Source: a virus
Virus record (IMG/VR): IMGVR_UViG_3300013006_000024
Span: 32,001-96,000 of that record
Reading direction: 5' to 3' (one strand)
Length of the DNA: 64,000 bases
Shown here piece by piece: positions 38,858-49,316 of this stretch. The translations under genes were made by a program, and so were the position numbers. The notes beneath the pieces are model-generated. The model saw only the letters and a program-made list of their open reading frames with translations. It was not told the DNA's origin and ran no database searches. Each line of letters begins with the position of its first letter. Position 1 is the first letter of the stretch.

Positions 38858-41800
38858 ATGTTAGACGCAAGTAGATATACTGACGAAAGAATATCTAATT
38901 CGATTACTTCTTCTGAGAAGTCGGATAATCCAATAGACCAGACGTCTCCGTTAACTTTTCAAGAATGGTTAAAATATAACAATACTCTATTTACTAACGC
39001 TAATGATTTCTTAATACGCTATCAATCTTACTTAAACAATTGGTACGCAGCTAAAAACATTAGTACTGTTAATCAAGAAGAAATGGTTAAACAGATGTAT
39101 GTATTACTAATCAATGAGATAGTACTTTCCTATACTTCATCAGATGAAAGAAGATGGTTGAAAAATGTTGACTATAATAATCCTAGAGATCTAGCGGTAG
39201 CTATTCCATTTTTTGCGGCAAAAATAAAAGAAATATGCTTATATTATAGTACTTTAAGAGATGATGTTAGGACAGCAGAGTTAAGATATGGTCTTAAGGG
39301 GTCAAATTATGGTATTGAGAAGATAATTTATAACGAAATTTCTAAATCATTAGAAACAGAAGATCTTACTGATTTTATAAGAACTTTATCGCTTTCTCTT
39401 TCTGATATAAGAAATAATTTAGTAATTGAAATTGAAGATTTGTATGATTTATACCCTAGCTATTTGGATGTAAGTTACAATAAACCTGCATCTACATACA
39501 AAGCAACAGGTAGTAGAGAAGAATACTTTAATTACAACCAATATAATGCTGACCCCACAGTACAAATTGATTTTAATTCTGCTATAGTAGCTGCAATTAC
39601 TTCATATCCGTTTTTTCTAATTGAACTAGGTACTAATAATTTTAGTATAACACCTCAAGTAGGTTCATCCGATTTAAATTTACTTAAAGATAGTGATTTT
39701 ATTAATACTATTAATAATGAACAAGAAACTAATTTAAATTTAAATATTGAACAACTTCAATTTAAAAAATTTATAGGTACTGATTTTTACTATGTCTCAA
39801 CAGGATCAACTGCTTCGTTTTACACCTCTGGTGTAATGGCCATGTCTGATAACCCGTTTGCAAATTATCTAAATAAGCGCTACCCAACTGTAGCTGCTAT
39901 ACCTGATCAGTCATTTACTAAAACAGCAAAGCAAATAGGATTGTTTTTTAAACCAGATAAAATAGGCATTTCGAATTTTAATTGTTTTGGAGTCGATAGC
40001 TTTATTGATGTAGCAGCTCTCAGTGCTAATACAGTATATATTTTTCCTGATCCATCGAAATTCGGTAACATCTCTGGTTTAACTCAAGAGGAATTTAAAT
40101 ACCCGTTAATAATCTTAGAGAATAACTATTTAAACAAAGTAGATTTTTCTAACCAGTACATGTTTGGTGAAAGCGAGTCTAGTCCTTATTTACAAACGTT
40201 AAGAGCATATGAAAGTAGAGAGCAGTCCTTACAGTTTGCAAGTCAAGGATTATCTAGATATATAGATGCACAAGACTTTTTTAAAGGCGATATTAGGTCT
40301 ATTTGGTCTAATGAAGATGTATTTCCTATAGTACCTAAAAACTATTTTCCTATACAAGAACGACTAGAAAAGCTCTACTCGCTTAATAAAACACTCGTTA
40401 CCTTTAAGACCGATGTTTTTGGTAACAGTTACAGTCTATATAAAAGTATACACCCAGTAAAGAAACTAACTAATACGTTTAACCCAGATGATGGTAATAC
40501 CTTAAAATATTGTAAGACCCTGGATGGTTATTCATTTTACGATAACGTTTCTGGATATAATTTTGATTGGACAGAAGTTGACCCTGAAAGGAATTACTCT
40601 GGTGTAATTCTTAAAACAACTACTAATATACCACCCGGCACCGGTTTCTTCACACGTGCAGATAGTCTAACCGGCGTTTCACCTCTTTCAGCTCAATATT
40701 ATAACAACGGTATACCTAATTTCGCTCTTTCTGGAGATATTACATCTATTTTATCTTATAGATTTCAGCCTGAAACATTCTGCAGCAGTGTTATAGATAC
40801 TACTTTTATATGTAATACATTCGACAGTGTAGAGTTTCTGGGCAAAGGGGGTGTAATATTGCCCGATGTTTCTTCTGATTTACCTTCTTTTAATGCAGAT
40901 ACTGATGATCTATACTATACAGATCTTATCGAAAGCGGTGCCTCGCCTACCGGGCCGGGATTTAGGCCTAATTTCGAGCATTTACCGCTATTTACCTTTA
41001 CACCTTATTTTACTGCAATAGAAAATGTAAACGGCGGCCCATATTTAGTTGACGGCGAAGAGCCATGCGGTGGAATTATTGCTTCACGAAATGTAACTTA
41101 TACAGAAAAAACTAATTTTTTAAATTATAAATTACCAAACAGAGAAACAAGAGTGCTTGAAGGCATTTCAGGGGCAGCATATAAAAAATCTATATATGAA
41201 GTAAAGTTCAAAGAATATGGTGAATGCTATTTTAGAGACTTAAATTCATTACAAATTGTTCCACTCTCTACAGCATTAAGCGGATTGTATATAAAGTATA
41301 ATGATGATATTAAAAATGAACTTAATAATAAATTAATTAATATTGATGTCTATTATGATACACTTCAGTTTGAATCAGAAAATTACTTAATATTTGATAG
41401 AATTAAATTTGATTACGATTCAAACCTAATTGAAAATGTAACAAAATCTAACGCATATTTTTATAAAGGTAGTAATATAAATTTCAATCATATTTCTACT
41501 GTATGGTTTGACGAAAAATTAAACAATATATTCTTCTGTAAAACAGTATTATATCCAGAATTAAGCGCTACTAATCAAAAAATAATTTATCCGGAAATTT
41601 ATGCAATAAATTCAAATACTTTAGCAATAAAACGAGTATATCCACCAGTACCTATTGAAAGCTTAAAAGCAGACGACTTAGTACAGTTCTCTCTTTCAGG
41701 TAAAAATATAGATCTAAATATAGTAGAAATAGAAAAGCCTATATTTACTTTTGACTATCAGACTGAAAATTTTGTAATAACTTATTTAGGTAAAGACATG

Positions 41801-41998
41801 GCTAACGTATTTTATCTATTTAAAATATACTTTAAATATGTAAACGGAGCTATAACTAATATTAATAATTTTATGTACAAGATTAGCCCGGATGTATATT
41901 CAAATAACTTTGCATCTGTTTTATCCGACCAATACACAGCATATAACATATTAGGCAATTCATCTGTTATAAATGGGGTGTTTAACTTTAACGTATAA
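38858..41998 (+). CDS. Large baseplate/virion structural protein
   Basis: 1046 aa, late promoter 5 nt upstream, inside baseplate cluster. Confidence 0.6.
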   Translation: MLDASRYTDERISNSITSSEKSDNPIDQTSPLTFQEWLKYNNTLFTNANDFLIRYQSYLNNWYAAKNISTVNQEEMVKQMYVLLINEIVLSYTSSDERRWLKNVDYNNPRDLAVAIPFFAAKIKEICLYYSTLRDDVRTAELRYGLKGSNYGIEKIIYNEISKSLETEDLTDFIRTLSLSLSDIRNNLVIEIEDLYDLYPSYLDVSYNKPASTYKATGSREEYFNYNQYNADPTVQIDFNSAIVAAITSYPFFLIELGTNNFSITPQVGSSDLNLLKDSDFINTINNEQETNLNLNIEQLQFKKFIGTDFYYVSTGSTASFYTSGVMAMSDNPFANYLNKRYPTVAAIPDQSFTKTAKQIGLFFKPDKIGISNFNCFGVDSFIDVAALSANTVYIFPDPSKFGNISGLTQEEFKYPLIILENNYLNKVDFSNQYMFGESESSPYLQTLRAYESREQSLQFASQGLSRYIDAQDFFKGDIRSIWSNEDVFPIVPKNYFPIQERLEKLYSLNKTLVTFKTDVFGNSYSLYKSIHPVKKLTNTFNPDDGNTLKYCKTLDGYSFYDNVSGYNFDWTEVDPERNYSGVILKTTTNIPPGTGFFTRADSLTGVSPLSAQYYNNGIPNFALSGDITSILSYRFQPETFCSSVIDTTFICNTFDSVEFLGKGGVILPDVSSDLPSFNADTDDLYYTDLIESGASPTGPGFRPNFEHLPLFTFTPYFTAIENVNGGPYLVDGEEPCGGIIASRNVTYTEKTNFLNYKLPNRETRVLEGISGAAYKKSIYEVKFKEYGECYFRDLNSLQIVPLSTALSGLYIKYNDDIKNELNNKLINIDVYYDTLQFESENYLIFDRIKFDYDSNLIENVTKSNAYFYKGSNINFNHISTVWFDEKLNNIFFCKTVLYPELSATNQKIIYPEIYAINSNTLAIKRVYPPVPIESLKADDLVQFSLSGKNIDLNIVEIEKPIFTFDYQTENFVITYLGKDMANVFYLFKIYFKYVNGAITNINNFMYKISPDVYSNNFASVLSDQYTAYNILGNSSVINGVFNFNV

Positions 41999-43728
41999 TG
42001 CAAGAATATTATTTTAACTCTAATAATAAGACTTCTCTAGTTGTTATTGACAGAACAATTGATACTAGTAGAGATTATATAATAACTTTTGATTATTGCT
42101 GTTACGGTATAGGTTTAAGCGGTTTTGAAGGGTTTAGCTTATGTTTTGTTGATAATCAGGTTGCTAATTTTTACGGTGGCGGTATTGGACCGGGGTTAGG
42201 TGTAACTGCTCTTACCGGAATATCAGCACTACCGCCTCTCTTTATACCGTACTTCAAAAAATACCCAGGTATTGATAAAACACATTTTGTTATAGGGTTT
42301 GATGTTAGTGGTAACTTTGGTGCGGATATTTATGCTAGAGGCGGCAATAGCACACCCCTACCTAATACAATTTCTTTAAGGAGCGGCACGCGTGATCAAT
42401 TTAAATTGCTCTATACAACTGCAAACTTAGCTAGTTCAGCTTTTTCAGAGCCTATTAATTTATATGAGCAATCTACAACTGGTGATAATTTTAAAACATT
42501 TAGAGTTCGTATTACTAATCTCGGAAAAACAGTTGTAATCGATCATAAAAATAAAACTGCGGAAAAATTTACTAATGTTCTTAGGTATGATTTACCAGTT
42601 AGTGTACCTTCTACTGTCTTTCCTGCAATAGGATTTGGAGCAGGTAATAATATATTATTTCCTACGAATTTACGAATTAAAAATATTAATGTTAATGGAT
42701 TTTTTCTAACCCCTACCCCGACACCTACTATCACACCTACAAATACTGTTACACCTACTATGACAGTAACACCGACGGTAACACCAACAATTACCCCGAC
42801 AAATACACGAACGCCAACAGTAACCCCGACTAATACACGTACACCAACTATCACACCAACTATTACACCTACAAATACAGTTACACCGACAATAACACCT
42901 ACAGAAACTGTAACACCAACAATAACACCTACAGAAACTGTAACACCAACAATAACACCTACAGAAACTGTAACACCAACAATAACACCTACAAATACAA
43001 TTACACCGACAATAACACCTACAAATACTGTAACATCTACTCCCACAGTAACGCCAACACTTACACCTACTATTACCCCTACAGCTTCAATAACACCAAC
43101 AATTTCGCCAACTAATACACGTACACCGACTCTAACACCAACCAACACTATTACTCCTACAATAACACCTACAAATACAGTTACAAGTACTGTTACACCT
43201 ACTACAACTGTTAGCCCCTATATACGTAACTTTAATTCTAATCAATCTAATATCGTTATTCCACGTGGACCGGCTAGAGCTAGCGTCTATCCTATAACAT
43301 TCTCTGCTAATACAACAATTGCTCCTTCGCGAGTTACAGTATCACTTAACAACTTCAGTCATAGTTCACCTTATGATATAGGCGTGCTACTTGTTTCGCC
43401 TAATAATATTAATAGTTTGGTTGTAGGTAGAATACCGGATAATGACGACCCGCAGCCTGCAGTAAATGCATATGTTACTCTTGACAGCTTAGCACCTGTG
43501 CCTTGGAATGCATATTCTTCAGGCACATATGCTCCTAATTACGATCCAGATAAGACGTTCCCGTTCGCTTCACCTGCACCTTCTGCGCCGTATAATTATG
43601 TACTAGATGTATACAATAATATTTCTGCAGTCGACGCCACTGGCACTTGGAATCTATATATTTACGATTTCGTACCAGGCGATTCCGGTACACTTACAAG
43701 CGCGACATTGAGTTTTATATATAGTTGA
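41998..43728 (+). CDS. Virion protein: L-type-lectin-like domain + mucin-like Thr/Pro stalk + P-domain-like (proprotein convertase) C-terminal domain
   Basis: EGFSLCF...GPGLG...[10 protein letters not shown] lectin-like pattern; ~170-aa (T-x)n tract; [23 protein letters not shown]...GTWNLYIYD...DSGTL. Confidence 0.72.
   Translation: MQEYYFNSNNKTSLVVIDRTIDTSRDYIITFDYCCYGIGLSGFEGFSLCFVDNQVANFYGGGIGPGLGVTALTGISALPPLFIPYFKKYPGIDKTHFVIGFDVSGNFGADIYARGGNSTPLPNTISLRSGTRDQFKLLYTTANLASSAFSEPINLYEQSTTGDNFKTFRVRITNLGKTVVIDHKNKTAEKFTNVLRYDLPVSVPSTVFPAIGFGAGNNILFPTNLRIKNINVNGFFLTPTPTPTITPTNTVTPTMTVTPTVTPTITPTNTRTPTVTPTNTRTPTITPTITPTNTVTPTITPTETVTPTITPTETVTPTITPTETVTPTITPTNTITPTITPTNTVTSTPTVTPTLTPTITPTASITPTISPTNTRTPTLTPTNTITPTITPTNTVTSTVTPTTTVSPYIRNFNSNQSNIVIPRGPARASVYPITFSANTTIAPSRVTVSLNNFSHSSPYDIGVLLVSPNNINSLVVGRIPDNDDPQPAVNAYVTLDSLAPVPWNAYSSGTYAPNYDPDKTFPFASPAPSAPYNYVLDVYNNISAVDATGTWNLYIYDFVPGDSGTLTSATLSFIYS
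42709..43218 (+). repeat. Thr/Pro coding tandem repeat (12- and 30-bp units)
   Basis: e.g. aataacacctacagaaactgtaacaccaac x3 at 42891-42980. Confidence 0.9.
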
Positions 43729-43731
43729 TGA

Positions 43732-43760
43732 TTGATTTCTATGTATATATAATATAAAAT
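43732..43760 (+). promoter_or_regulatory. Sigma70-like promoter heading the glycosyltransferase cassette
   Basis: TTGATT-17-TAAAAT, 6 nt before GTG 43767. Confidence 0.55.
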
Positions 43761-43766
43761 ATATAC

Positions 43767-45008
43767 GTGAAAATATTCATATCAATTGCATCATATAGAG
43801 ATCCCGAACTACTGCCTACAATAAGAGATTGTATTGCTAATGCTAAAAAGCCTGAAAATTTAAGATTTTCTATAGCTTGGCAAAGAGATGAAAAAGAAAC
43901 ATTAGCTGAATTTACTAATGACAAGCGTTTTAAGATTATTGACATACCTTATCAAGAAAGTAAAGGTACTTGCTGGGCAAGAAGCAGAATTCAGGAAAAT
44001 TATGATGGTGAGAAATACCATCTTCAGTTAGATAGCCATCATAGATTTATTAAGCACTGGGATGCTGAATGCATTCAAATGATTAAAGATTTGCAAGCGA
44101 AAGGACATAAGAAACCTTTACTTACAGGCTATATATCAAGCTTTAATCCATCAAATGACCCTGCTGAGCGTATTAATACTCCGTGGAAAATGAACTTTGA
44201 TAGGTTTATTCCCGAAGGTGCTGTATTCTTTTTACCTGCATCAATTGATGATTATAAAGACAGAACTTCACCGGTACCAAGTAGATTTGTTTCCGCGCAT
44301 TTTATCTTTACTCTAGGTAAATGGATCGAAGAAGTACCTTATGATCCATTTTATTATTTTCACGGTGAAGAAATTAACCTTGCTGTACGTTCTTATACAT
44401 GGGGATATGATTTGTTTCACCCGCATAAAGTTATTGCATGGCACGAATATACTAGAAGAGGAAGAACTAAGCATTGGGACGATATTAAAGAGTGGGGTGA
44501 TTTAAATAGTAAATCGCATTCTCGAAATCGCAAGCTTTTTGAAATGGATGGTGAGAAAAAAGATATAGACTTCGGTAAATACGATTTCGGTAAAAAGAGA
44601 TCTGTTGCTGAATACGAAAAATACGCTGGTATATGCTTTAAAAAGAGAGCTGTACAGCGTTATACACTCGATAATAACTATCCACCTAATCCAGAGAATG
44701 CTAAAATGTCTGCAGATGAGCTCGATAAGTCATTTCTAAAGATATTTAAACATTGTATTGATATTAGATACGAGCAGGTACCTGAAAAAGATTATGATTT
44801 CTGGTGTGTAGCGTTTAAAGATAAGCAAGGTAAAGACGTATATCGGAAAGATGCTGATAAGAGTGAAATTACTGTAATGTTTAATGATCCCGACAAGTAT
44901 TGTAAGGTATGGAGAACGTTTAACGTTGAAGAACCGCCTCATAGTTGGCTTGTATGGCCGCATAGTGTCAGTAAGGGCTGGGCCGATCCAATTACTGGTA
45001 ATTTGTGA
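43767..45008 (+). CDS. GT60-type polypeptide alpha-GlcNAc-transferase (Gnt1/OGNT-like)
   Basis: IFISIASYRDPEL, SKGTCWAR, LQLDSHHRF (DxH), SAHFIF, EVPYDP..YFHGEEI.LAVR.YTWGYDLFHP...WHEY. Confidence 0.85.
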   Translation: MKIFISIASYRDPELLPTIRDCIANAKKPENLRFSIAWQRDEKETLAEFTNDKRFKIIDIPYQESKGTCWARSRIQENYDGEKYHLQLDSHHRFIKHWDAECIQMIKDLQAKGHKKPLLTGYISSFNPSNDPAERINTPWKMNFDRFIPEGAVFFLPASIDDYKDRTSPVPSRFVSAHFIFTLGKWIEEVPYDPFYYFHGEEINLAVRSYTWGYDLFHPHKVIAWHEYTRRGRTKHWDDIKEWGDLNSKSHSRNRKLFEMDGEKKDIDFGKYDFGKKRSVAEYEKYAGICFKKRAVQRYTLDNNYPPNPENAKMSADELDKSFLKIFKHCIDIRYEQVPEKDYDFWCVAFKDKQGKDVYRKDADKSEITVMFNDPDKYCKVWRTFNVEEPPHSWLVWPHSVSKGWADPITGNL

Positions 45009-45979
45009 TGAAAAGAATAGCGTTTCACGATAATAATCTATGTTTGCGTGGAACATCTGTAGCGTTATATCAGTATGCTAATTATAATGAAAAAATTCTT
45101 GGAAACAAAAGCTATATATTGAGCTGCCCTTCGGCAAATCTTGACGCCCTACCTAAATTTAAATCGCGCTTTGATGTTAATCTAGCGCATTTTCATGATC
45201 ATAGTTATTTTTTGAATGAAAATAAAGTAGATTATATTTATGTTATTAAATCAGGCGGCAATGATGGCGTTAGTATGAGTCAACCACCTACATTAGTTCA
45301 TTCTGTATTCGGTTCTAAAGACCACCATGGACATAGATATGCGTATGTATCTGATTGGTTGTGTAGAGCTATGGGGTATGATATAGAAAAACATTCTGTA
45401 CCACATATTGCCGAGCCTTTACCTCAACCTACATATTCACTTCGCGAAAAATTAGGTATATCTTCAAATAAAAGAGTATTCGGCTGCTATGCTGGTACGA
45501 CTGAATTTAATATTTCCTGGGTACAAGAATTAATATGCAATCTAGCCCCAAAAGCTCCAGATCTCGTTTTTATGTTTATGAATATTGAAGATTTTAGATT
45601 TAGATGGCCTAATGCACCGGTTACTACTCATAATAATATTATTTTTCTACCAGGTACACACGACATGCTTGAAAAATCAGCGTTTGTACATGCATGCGAC
45701 GCTATGATTCATGCAAGAAGCGGTGGAGAGACTTTTGGTTGTGCTGTTTCTGAGTTTACTATGGCAAATAAACCCGTACTAACATATGGTGAATCAGGCG
45801 AACGCAGTCATATAGAATTACTAGGAGATAGAGGTATTTTTTATAAGAATCCTGACGAATTACATGACATGTTTATCAATCTACCTGAATACATTAAATA
45901 TGATGATTATTATAAAGCTTATGATTGCTGTAGACCAGAAGTAATAATGGATAAATTTAATAAGGTATTTTTACAATGA
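45005..45979 (+). CDS. GT-B glycosyltransferase (GT4-like)
   Basis: LRGTSVALYQYA, CDAMIHARSGGETFGCAVSEF (Ex7E), KPVLT. Confidence 0.75.
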   Translation: MMKRIAFHDNNLCLRGTSVALYQYANYNEKILGNKSYILSCPSANLDALPKFKSRFDVNLAHFHDHSYFLNENKVDYIYVIKSGGNDGVSMSQPPTLVHSVFGSKDHHGHRYAYVSDWLCRAMGYDIEKHSVPHIAEPLPQPTYSLREKLGISSNKRVFGCYAGTTEFNISWVQELICNLAPKAPDLVFMFMNIEDFRFRWPNAPVTTHNNIIFLPGTHDMLEKSAFVHACDAMIHARSGGETFGCAVSEFTMANKPVLTYGESGERSHIELLGDRGIFYKNPDELHDMFINLPEYIKYDDYYKAYDCCRPEVIMDKFNKVFLQ

Positions 45980-46800
45980 AATATAATATATTAGTTAGTG
46001 CAATTTGCTTTATAAATAGAAAAAAACCAGGTGCAGAAATATACGCTACTTTCGCACGCAGATTAATAAACGATGTTATGGTTAAATCACCATATGACGT
46101 GAGAATAATTACAAATGAACTTGAACACTTTAAAGAAGATATTCAAAAGTGGGGTGAACGTGTAATAATTAAGCACGATGATCTATCAAATAATCAAATT
46201 TATGTAGGTGCATTTAACCAAATGCTCAAATATAAGACAATGCAAGATGTATCTAAAAAGTATGATTGGTTATTATATTTAGATTGTGATGCTGGGTTTA
46301 CAGATACCTTAAACTCTGCACAAATAGATTCGTTTTTAACTTATGTTGAAGAGCAAGGGTATGATATGCTCGGTACACGCACTAATTGTATTGTTAAAAA
46401 CGAGCTATTAGACCATGAAAGTAAAATAAAAAAATGGGAGCAAGACCCTAGTCAGTATAATCCAGGTAATTTATTTTCATCTAAGTTTATTTTTTACAAA
46501 ATGTCGTCAGATAAAGGTCCTTTTGAATGGTTTGATGCGGTGCTACCAAGCGAGCATGTATTACTAATTAAAAATAATGAAAAACTTGCTATTATGGCTA
46601 CCGAATTTGAAAAATTTAATCAAAAGTTTGAAACACAAGTAGATTTGCCATACATTATAACCTATGATATGGAGGCATTTGAAATAGGGGTTTCTGCTAA
46701 ACTAGCGGGTTATAATGTAGGAGATTTCGGTAACGACGGTCTTTATCATATTATTAAGGTAGTTTGTAATCACAATAACTGGGAAAAAGTTAAATATTAA
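45976..46800 (+). CDS. Putative GT-A glycosyltransferase
   Basis: FNQMLKY...YDWLLYLDCDA (DxD); located within the cassette. Confidence 0.6.
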   Translation: MKYNILVSAICFINRKKPGAEIYATFARRLINDVMVKSPYDVRIITNELEHFKEDIQKWGERVIIKHDDLSNNQIYVGAFNQMLKYKTMQDVSKKYDWLLYLDCDAGFTDTLNSAQIDSFLTYVEEQGYDMLGTRTNCIVKNELLDHESKIKKWEQDPSQYNPGNLFSSKFIFYKMSSDKGPFEWFDAVLPSEHVLLIKNNEKLAIMATEFEKFNQKFETQVDLPYIITYDMEAFEIGVSAKLAGYNVGDFGNDGLYHIIKVVCNHNNWEKVKY

Positions 46801-46803
46801 TTT

Positions 46804-47715
46804 ATGGTATCTGTTAGACTCCGTGCCTCTTGGACGAGTGATGAGGAAATTTTAAAACGCGTTCTACTTCAGTTTAAAACTTCAGAAGATGACCTTTCAG
46901 GTATTAAATTTGTATTAGATGATAGCTATGATATTATAGTGTTTTTTGGTTATATAGTGGGAGAAATTAAACAAGGAGCTAAAGCTTATGTTTTCCCGCA
47001 AGAACCTAGCTGGTCAGGCGGTCATCCCAGATATTTTGATTATAATCCTAATTTAACTGTTTACGGGTATGATAAAGCGCTATATTCGCGTCCAGAAGTA
47101 ATCAAAGAAAGTATGAGTTATATGTTTTATGGTGGTAGAGGACCTACATCAGAAGGATATGATCATTGGACGTACGACTTTATTACTAAGTACAATTACG
47201 AGAAAACAAAAAATATAAGTTGTATTATATCTACCCTAGGTTCTGATGGCGGTGATAAACCATCAGGTTGTTTATACAAAAAAAGAGTAAAATTAGTTGA
47301 CTGTCTTGTCAATAATGCTAATTTTATTGATATTTATGCGAGAAACGATGAAAGTAGACCGAATCTTAAAGGAGACGCTAGATATAAATTCGATGCTTTA
47401 AAAGACTACAGATTTTCTATTTGCTGTGAAAACTCTAGAGAGAAAAACTATATTAGTGAAAAGTTTTTTGATTGTATATTAACAAACACAGTACCTATTT
47501 ACTACGGGTGTAAGAATGTAGATGATTTATTACCAACAAATTCTTTTATATCTATAGATATAGATGACCTAGACGGTACATTAACTAAATTAAAATATAT
47601 TAATGAAAACTGCGATGCTCTTTATAATGAAATGCTGCCTAGTGTAATAAAAGCTAAAGAAATTTATTTTAATGAGTTTAATGTTTTAAAAATTATTAAA
47701 AAATTAGTATATTGA
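46804..47715 (+). CDS. GT10 (alpha-1,3/4-fucosyltransferase-like) glycosyltransferase
   Basis: QEPSW; KFDALKDYRFSICCENS..KNYISEKFFDC....VPIYYG fucosyltransferase motif. Confidence 0.82.
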   Translation: MVSVRLRASWTSDEEILKRVLLQFKTSEDDLSGIKFVLDDSYDIIVFFGYIVGEIKQGAKAYVFPQEPSWSGGHPRYFDYNPNLTVYGYDKALYSRPEVIKESMSYMFYGGRGPTSEGYDHWTYDFITKYNYEKTKNISCIISTLGSDGGDKPSGCLYKKRVKLVDCLVNNANFIDIYARNDESRPNLKGDARYKFDALKDYRFSICCENSREKNYISEKFFDCILTNTVPIYYGCKNVDDLLPTNSFISIDIDDLDGTLTKLKYINENCDALYNEMLPSVIKAKEIYFNEFNVLKIIKKLVY

Positions 47716-47745
47716 AGCACATTTAAATACAAATATATATTTTAC

Positions 47746-48696
47746 ATGACTAAGGTAATTATACATCAGCCTAAAAACTTTGAAAGTAGATATTACCGCT
47801 ATTATAATTACCTTTTTGACGGGCTTAGTAAGAAAATTAGTGAAAATTTCGATTGTTTAGAGGCTAGATATTTTAAGCACGCAAATGAAATTCGATATCC
47901 GGTAAAATTAATGTATGATACACCTACTAAGGAACGAGAAACAACACTTTTGCTTGAATGCGAAATGCTTATTGAAAATTATGATACACATGAAGTAGTA
48001 GTATTATCAGTCTCCGACGATTTGACACATGCAATACTTCACAATTACCCAAAAGTGCAGAAAATATTAATATCACAATATCAAAAGAATAAAATTAGCT
48101 CTAATTTATATAGCGGACAAGATTTTAGTAAGTTTTCCCCGTGGGTTTATTTCCCGCAAAACATATATGATTACGATGCATTCTACAATAAAAGAAAAGA
48201 TATTTCTAATTTTATTGACAAATTTTACTTTAGAGGCACTTCATTAGAAATACGCACAATATTAAACGGGTTTAATTCACAGTATTTTGAAGGTGGCTTA
48301 CCAATTGGAGGTTTTGAAGCATATGCAAATGATATTATTAACTATAAAGCTGCATTTTCCATTGCGGGTCGAGGTGAATTTTGTTATAGAGATATAGAAA
48401 ATATGGCCATGGGTATTCCTATTATTAGATTTGAATATTCACATGAAATGTCACCGCCGCTTATACCAAATTTTCATTACATCTCCACACTACGTCCTTT
48501 TATTAGTTCTGAACATCAGCTGTCGCCAGAGCATTCACATTTAATAGAGAAAAGATTCCTAGAAGTAAAAGATGACAAAGACTTTTTAAATTTTATTTCA
48601 AAAAATGCTAGGGATTATTATGAAAACTACATTAAATTAGATAAATGTGTTGAACATACATATAATTTAACAGGAATAGAACAATGGAAGAAATAG
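47746..48696 (+). CDS. Putative GT-B glycosyltransferase (GT47/GT90-like C-terminus)
   Basis: KFYFRGT, Y..DIINYKAAFSIAGRGEFCYRDIENMAMGIPII, PLIPNFHYI. Confidence 0.6.
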   Translation: MTKVIIHQPKNFESRYYRYYNYLFDGLSKKISENFDCLEARYFKHANEIRYPVKLMYDTPTKERETTLLLECEMLIENYDTHEVVVLSVSDDLTHAILHNYPKVQKILISQYQKNKISSNLYSGQDFSKFSPWVYFPQNIYDYDAFYNKRKDISNFIDKFYFRGTSLEIRTILNGFNSQYFEGGLPIGGFEAYANDIINYKAAFSIAGRGEFCYRDIENMAMGIPIIRFEYSHEMSPPLIPNFHYISTLRPFISSEHQLSPEHSHLIEKRFLEVKDDKDFLNFISKNARDYYENYIKLDKCVEHTYNLTGIEQWKK

Positions 48697-49316
48697 ATAA
48701 AAATATAACTAAAAAGGTTAATCTCGAAGCTAATGATGGGCTATCTAGTTATCTCGGATTCGCTTGTCAGCAACATCATGGTGTATATGAAGTATTTTAT
48801 AATTTTTTAAATGAAGTAAAACCATCTAACATACTTGAAATTGGAACTGCTCTAGGTGGGTTTACACAATACTTACACTACGTTAACAAACAAATTAATA
48901 ATAATTGCAAAATATTAAGTTATGATATTCATGGTCATGACTGGTATAATGATATGATAAAAGATGGTATTGACGTAAGAGTTGAAAATATTTTTGCCGA
49001 TGACTTTTCTTCTGTCAAACCGGATGTTATAGATTTTATTAAATCGCCAGGCACAACTATTGTTTTTTGCGATGGCGGTAGTAAAAAAGATGAATTCAAT
49101 TTGCTTTCATTTTATCTAAAACCGAGAGATTATATCTTAGCTCATGACTACGGCTTTGATAGGAGCATTTTTGATCAGCATTGTAACGGTAAGATTTGGA
49201 ATTGGTGTGAAATTACTGAAAGTGACATTTCACCATCTGTTGTAAAAAATAATTTACAAGATTATAGTAATAATATTTTTAATAATGTAGCGTGGACATG
49301 TAAGGTTAAAATATGA
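48684..49316 (+). CDS. Class I SAM-dependent methyltransferase (CmcI/Methyltransf_24-like)
   Basis: ILEIGTALGGFT motif I, SYDI, FCDGG, ILAHDY. Confidence 0.78.
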   Translation: MEEIDKNITKKVNLEANDGLSSYLGFACQQHHGVYEVFYNFLNEVKPSNILEIGTALGGFTQYLHYVNKQINNNCKILSYDIHGHDWYNDMIKDGIDVRVENIFADDFSSVKPDVIDFIKSPGTTIVFCDGGSKKDEFNLLSFYLKPRDYILAHDYGFDRSIFDQHCNGKIWNWCEITESDISPSVVKNNLQDYSNNIFNNVAWTCKVKI

